From Alphaproteobacteria bacterium (GTDB lineage: Bacteria; Pseudomonadota; Alphaproteobacteria; Rhodospirillales; Magnetovibrionaceae), in contig JADGBG010000004.1 of assembly GCA_015231605.1 (NCBI GenBank), positions 44,958 to 68,957 on the forward strand: DNA of 24,000 nt, written 5' to 3'. Position numbers and translations under genes: made by a program. A model generated the notes under the pieces. The model ran no database searches. It was not told the DNA's origin and saw only the letters and a list, made by a program, of their open reading frames with translations. Numbering within the stretch: position 1 is the first letter of the stretch; the number at the start of each line of letters is the position of its first letter. Below are positions 22,246-24,000 of this stretch, in pieces.

Positions 22246-23466
22246 CTAGTTGTCGGCGCGGCCCGCGACGGTGCGGGCCAGAAGTTTGATTTCACTGCGC
22301 ACCTGATTGGCCAGGTCCTCGCGCCCGGTGCGCGTTTCCTCCAACAGGCGGGACACGCACAGATCGATGTTGCGGATATGCTGGCGGGTCGCCCCGTCCA
22401 TCTCGCCACGGCCCGCGCCGCTCCCGCCCTCGGCGCTGGAGATGCGCTCCAGGACCGGTTTCAGGTCCATGTGGGTTTCCGCCAGCTTCTTCATGATGAC
22501 CTGTTCGGTCTGCATGTAGTCGGTGATGGTGCTCATCTTGTCCGACAGCAGGCGCAGCGCCTCGCTGGTCTGGATGCGCGATTCCTCGCCCCGCGCCAGG
22601 GTGCGCTGGAGGTTTTCCAGGCTTTCCGCGGTCTGCTCCAGCAATGCTTCGACGTAGGCCGGAACGGTCTGCTCGCCGTCCGAGCCCAAGGAACCGCCCG
22701 ACAGCTTCGCCAGTCCCGCCAACCAGTCTTCCAATTCGGTGTAGAAGCGGTTCTGCGCCTGACCGGTGGTGAGGTCGAGGAACCCCAGGATCAAGGACCC
22801 CGAGAGGCCGAACAGCGAGCTGGAAAACGCCGTGCCCATGCCCGCCAGCGGCGCTTCCAGGCCCCGCTTCAACTCGTCGAACATGACGGTGATGTCCGCG
22901 CCCCCGCCCACCTGGATGTTGGCGATGACATCGCGGATGGCGGCGAGCGTGTCCAGCAGTCCCCAGAACGTGCCCAGGAGGCCCAGGAACACCAGCAGAC
23001 CGATGGTGTAGCGGGAAATGTCGCGCGCTTCGTCCAGGCGGCTGGCGACCCCGTCCAGGACGGAACGCAACGCCATGGCGCTCAGCTTGATCTGCGTGCG
23101 GCCGCCCACCATGGCGGCCAGCGGGGCCAGCATGCGGGGCGAAACATCGACGGGGCGCGGCTTGGCGTTCCCCTTGGGTCTCGGGGGCCGCGGTTCGGAG
23201 GACGCCACCAACGGTTCGGCAATGAGGTCCTGAGACAACGCGTGGCTTTCGCGGAACGCATCGATCCACGTCACTTCCGGGCGCAGTTGGATGACTTGCC
23301 GGAAATTGTAGGCCATGCCCAACAGGAACACGCCGACGATCAGACCGTTCAAGGGGGCGTTGGTCATGAACGCGGTCAGCAGCGGCTGATGAACCGCCGC
23401 CATGGCCGCGCCGACCGCGGCCAGGAACAGGGCCATGCGGATCAGAAAGCGAAGAGGATTGGACAT
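22246..23466 (-). CDS. MotA/TolQ/ExbB-family proton-channel protein with a roughly 170-aa C-terminal helical extension (406 aa)
   Basis: It has four predicted TM helices. The family signature appears as YTIGLLVFLGLLGTFWGLLDTL and LEAPLAGMGTAFSSSLFGLSGSLILGFL. The TM2-TM3 loop is Pro/Lys-rich, and the long tail (ELEDWLAGL...LLARTVAGRADN) is absent from canonical MotA/ExbB/TolQ. Confidence 0.75.
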   Translation of the reverse strand: MSNPLRFLIRMALFLAAVGAAMAAVHQPLLTAFMTNAPLNGLIVGVFLLGMAYNFRQVIQLRPEVTWIDAFRESHALSQDLIAEPLVASSEPRPPRPKGNAKPRPVDVSPRMLAPLAAMVGGRTQIKLSAMALRSVLDGVASRLDEARDISRYTIGLLVFLGLLGTFWGLLDTLAAIRDVIANIQVGGGADITVMFDELKRGLEAPLAGMGTAFSSSLFGLSGSLILGFLDLTTGQAQNRFYTELEDWLAGLAKLSGGSLGSDGEQTVPAYVEALLEQTAESLENLQRTLARGEESRIQTSEALRLLSDKMSTITDYMQTEQVIMKKLAETHMDLKPVLERISSAEGGSGAGRGEMDGATRQHIRNIDLCVSRLLEETRTGREDLANQVRSEIKLLARTVAGRADN

Positions 23467-23505
23467 CTGTTCGGGTTCCCTCGCCGGTCCGATCCGACCG
23501 CCCAG

Positions 23506-24000
23506 TTAGCGTTCGACCACGGTGATATCGACCCGCTCGGTGATTTCGTCGGTCGTCTTGTTGCCGAGCGCGCGCACGTCGATGCGCGTCGAGCGCACGC
23601 CGTTTTCGATCAGGAACGAGCGCACCGCAAGCGCGCGCGACAGGGAAAGGCGCCGCGCCGCGCTGGCGGACGTCTGGGCGTCGCCGGCGAAGGCCTTGAG
23701 CTGAATGCGCAGCCCCTTTTGCGACTGCATCTTCTCGCTGATGGCGCTGAGCGCCGCGCGGGTCTGTTGCGGCAGTTTCGAGGACTCCGCGTCGAACACG
23801 ATGCGGAAATTGTCGCCGTCGGCCAGATCGCCCGTGGGCGGGGTCAGCGCGGCCAGTTGATCTTGCGGGATTGCGGGCGGCAAATCCACGACCGTTTCGC
23901 CGGGGGTCTCGGCGGGCGCCAGGGGTTCGGCCGGTTCCGCGGACGACGGCGGGATCAGAGCGCCCGGCATGGGCGCGGGGGGCATCGCGGGGGCGGGCGC
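23506..24000 (-). CDS. Pro/Ala-rich protein with C-terminal OmpA-like domain; the 5' end probably lies outside the window
   Basis: The C-terminus reads FRIVFDAESSKLPQQTRAALSAISEKM...RIQLKAFAGD...ARRLSLSRALAVRSFLIENGV...RIDVRALG, following the OmpA_C-like pattern. The frame stays open (APAPA) to position 24000. This is the first gene of the three-gene operon. Confidence 0.6.
   Translation of the reverse strand, partial: APAPAMPPAPMPGALIPPSSAEPAEPLAPAETPGETVVDLPPAIPQDQLAALTPPTGDLADGDNFRIVFDAESSKLPQQTRAALSAISEKMQSQKGLRIQLKAFAGDAQTSASAARRLSLSRALAVRSFLIENGVRSTRIDVRALGNKTTDEITERVDITVVER

Noticed and set aside
21218-23269. Alternative-frame and antisense ORFs over the MotB-like and MotA-like genes (21218-22249 plus, 21369-22409 minus, 22292-23269 minus)
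   Set aside because: They are off-frame or antisense with R/G/P/A-rich products. The chosen frames have TM helices, family motifs and SD sequences.

Overview
This is a GC-rich bacterial chromosome segment, with genes mostly on the minus strand. The regulators FlaF, FlbT and FliX point to an alphaproteobacterium, possibly Rhodospirillales-like; that lineage call is an inference. The left 15.6 kb is a flagellar locus. It holds a flagellin-glycosylation (pse/flm-type nonulosonic acid) module, flbT, an orphan helical gene, a Fic toxin with a VbhA/YhfG-like partner, flaF, flgL, flgK, a flgN-like gene, flgJ (rod-binding type), flgI, flgE and divergent fliX. Two sigma54-type promoters precede flgI and flgE. 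The right part carries dksA (Cys-poor variant), ibpA/hsp20 with a ROSE-like 5' leader, a membrane-anchored class III nucleotide cyclase, rpmE, cyaY and a TetA-like MFS transporter. It ends with a three-gene operon (OmpA-like, MotA/ExbB-like with a long tail, MotB-like with a long coiled coil) that has no recognisable flagellar, Ton or Tol partner. I regard that operon as the best candidate for an undescribed ion-driven motor system. No rRNA, tRNA, CRISPR array or transposase was seen. Many long ORFs in the six-frame track are antisense shadows typical of high-GC DNA and were discarded. All family assignments rest on motif recognition by eye, with no database search.
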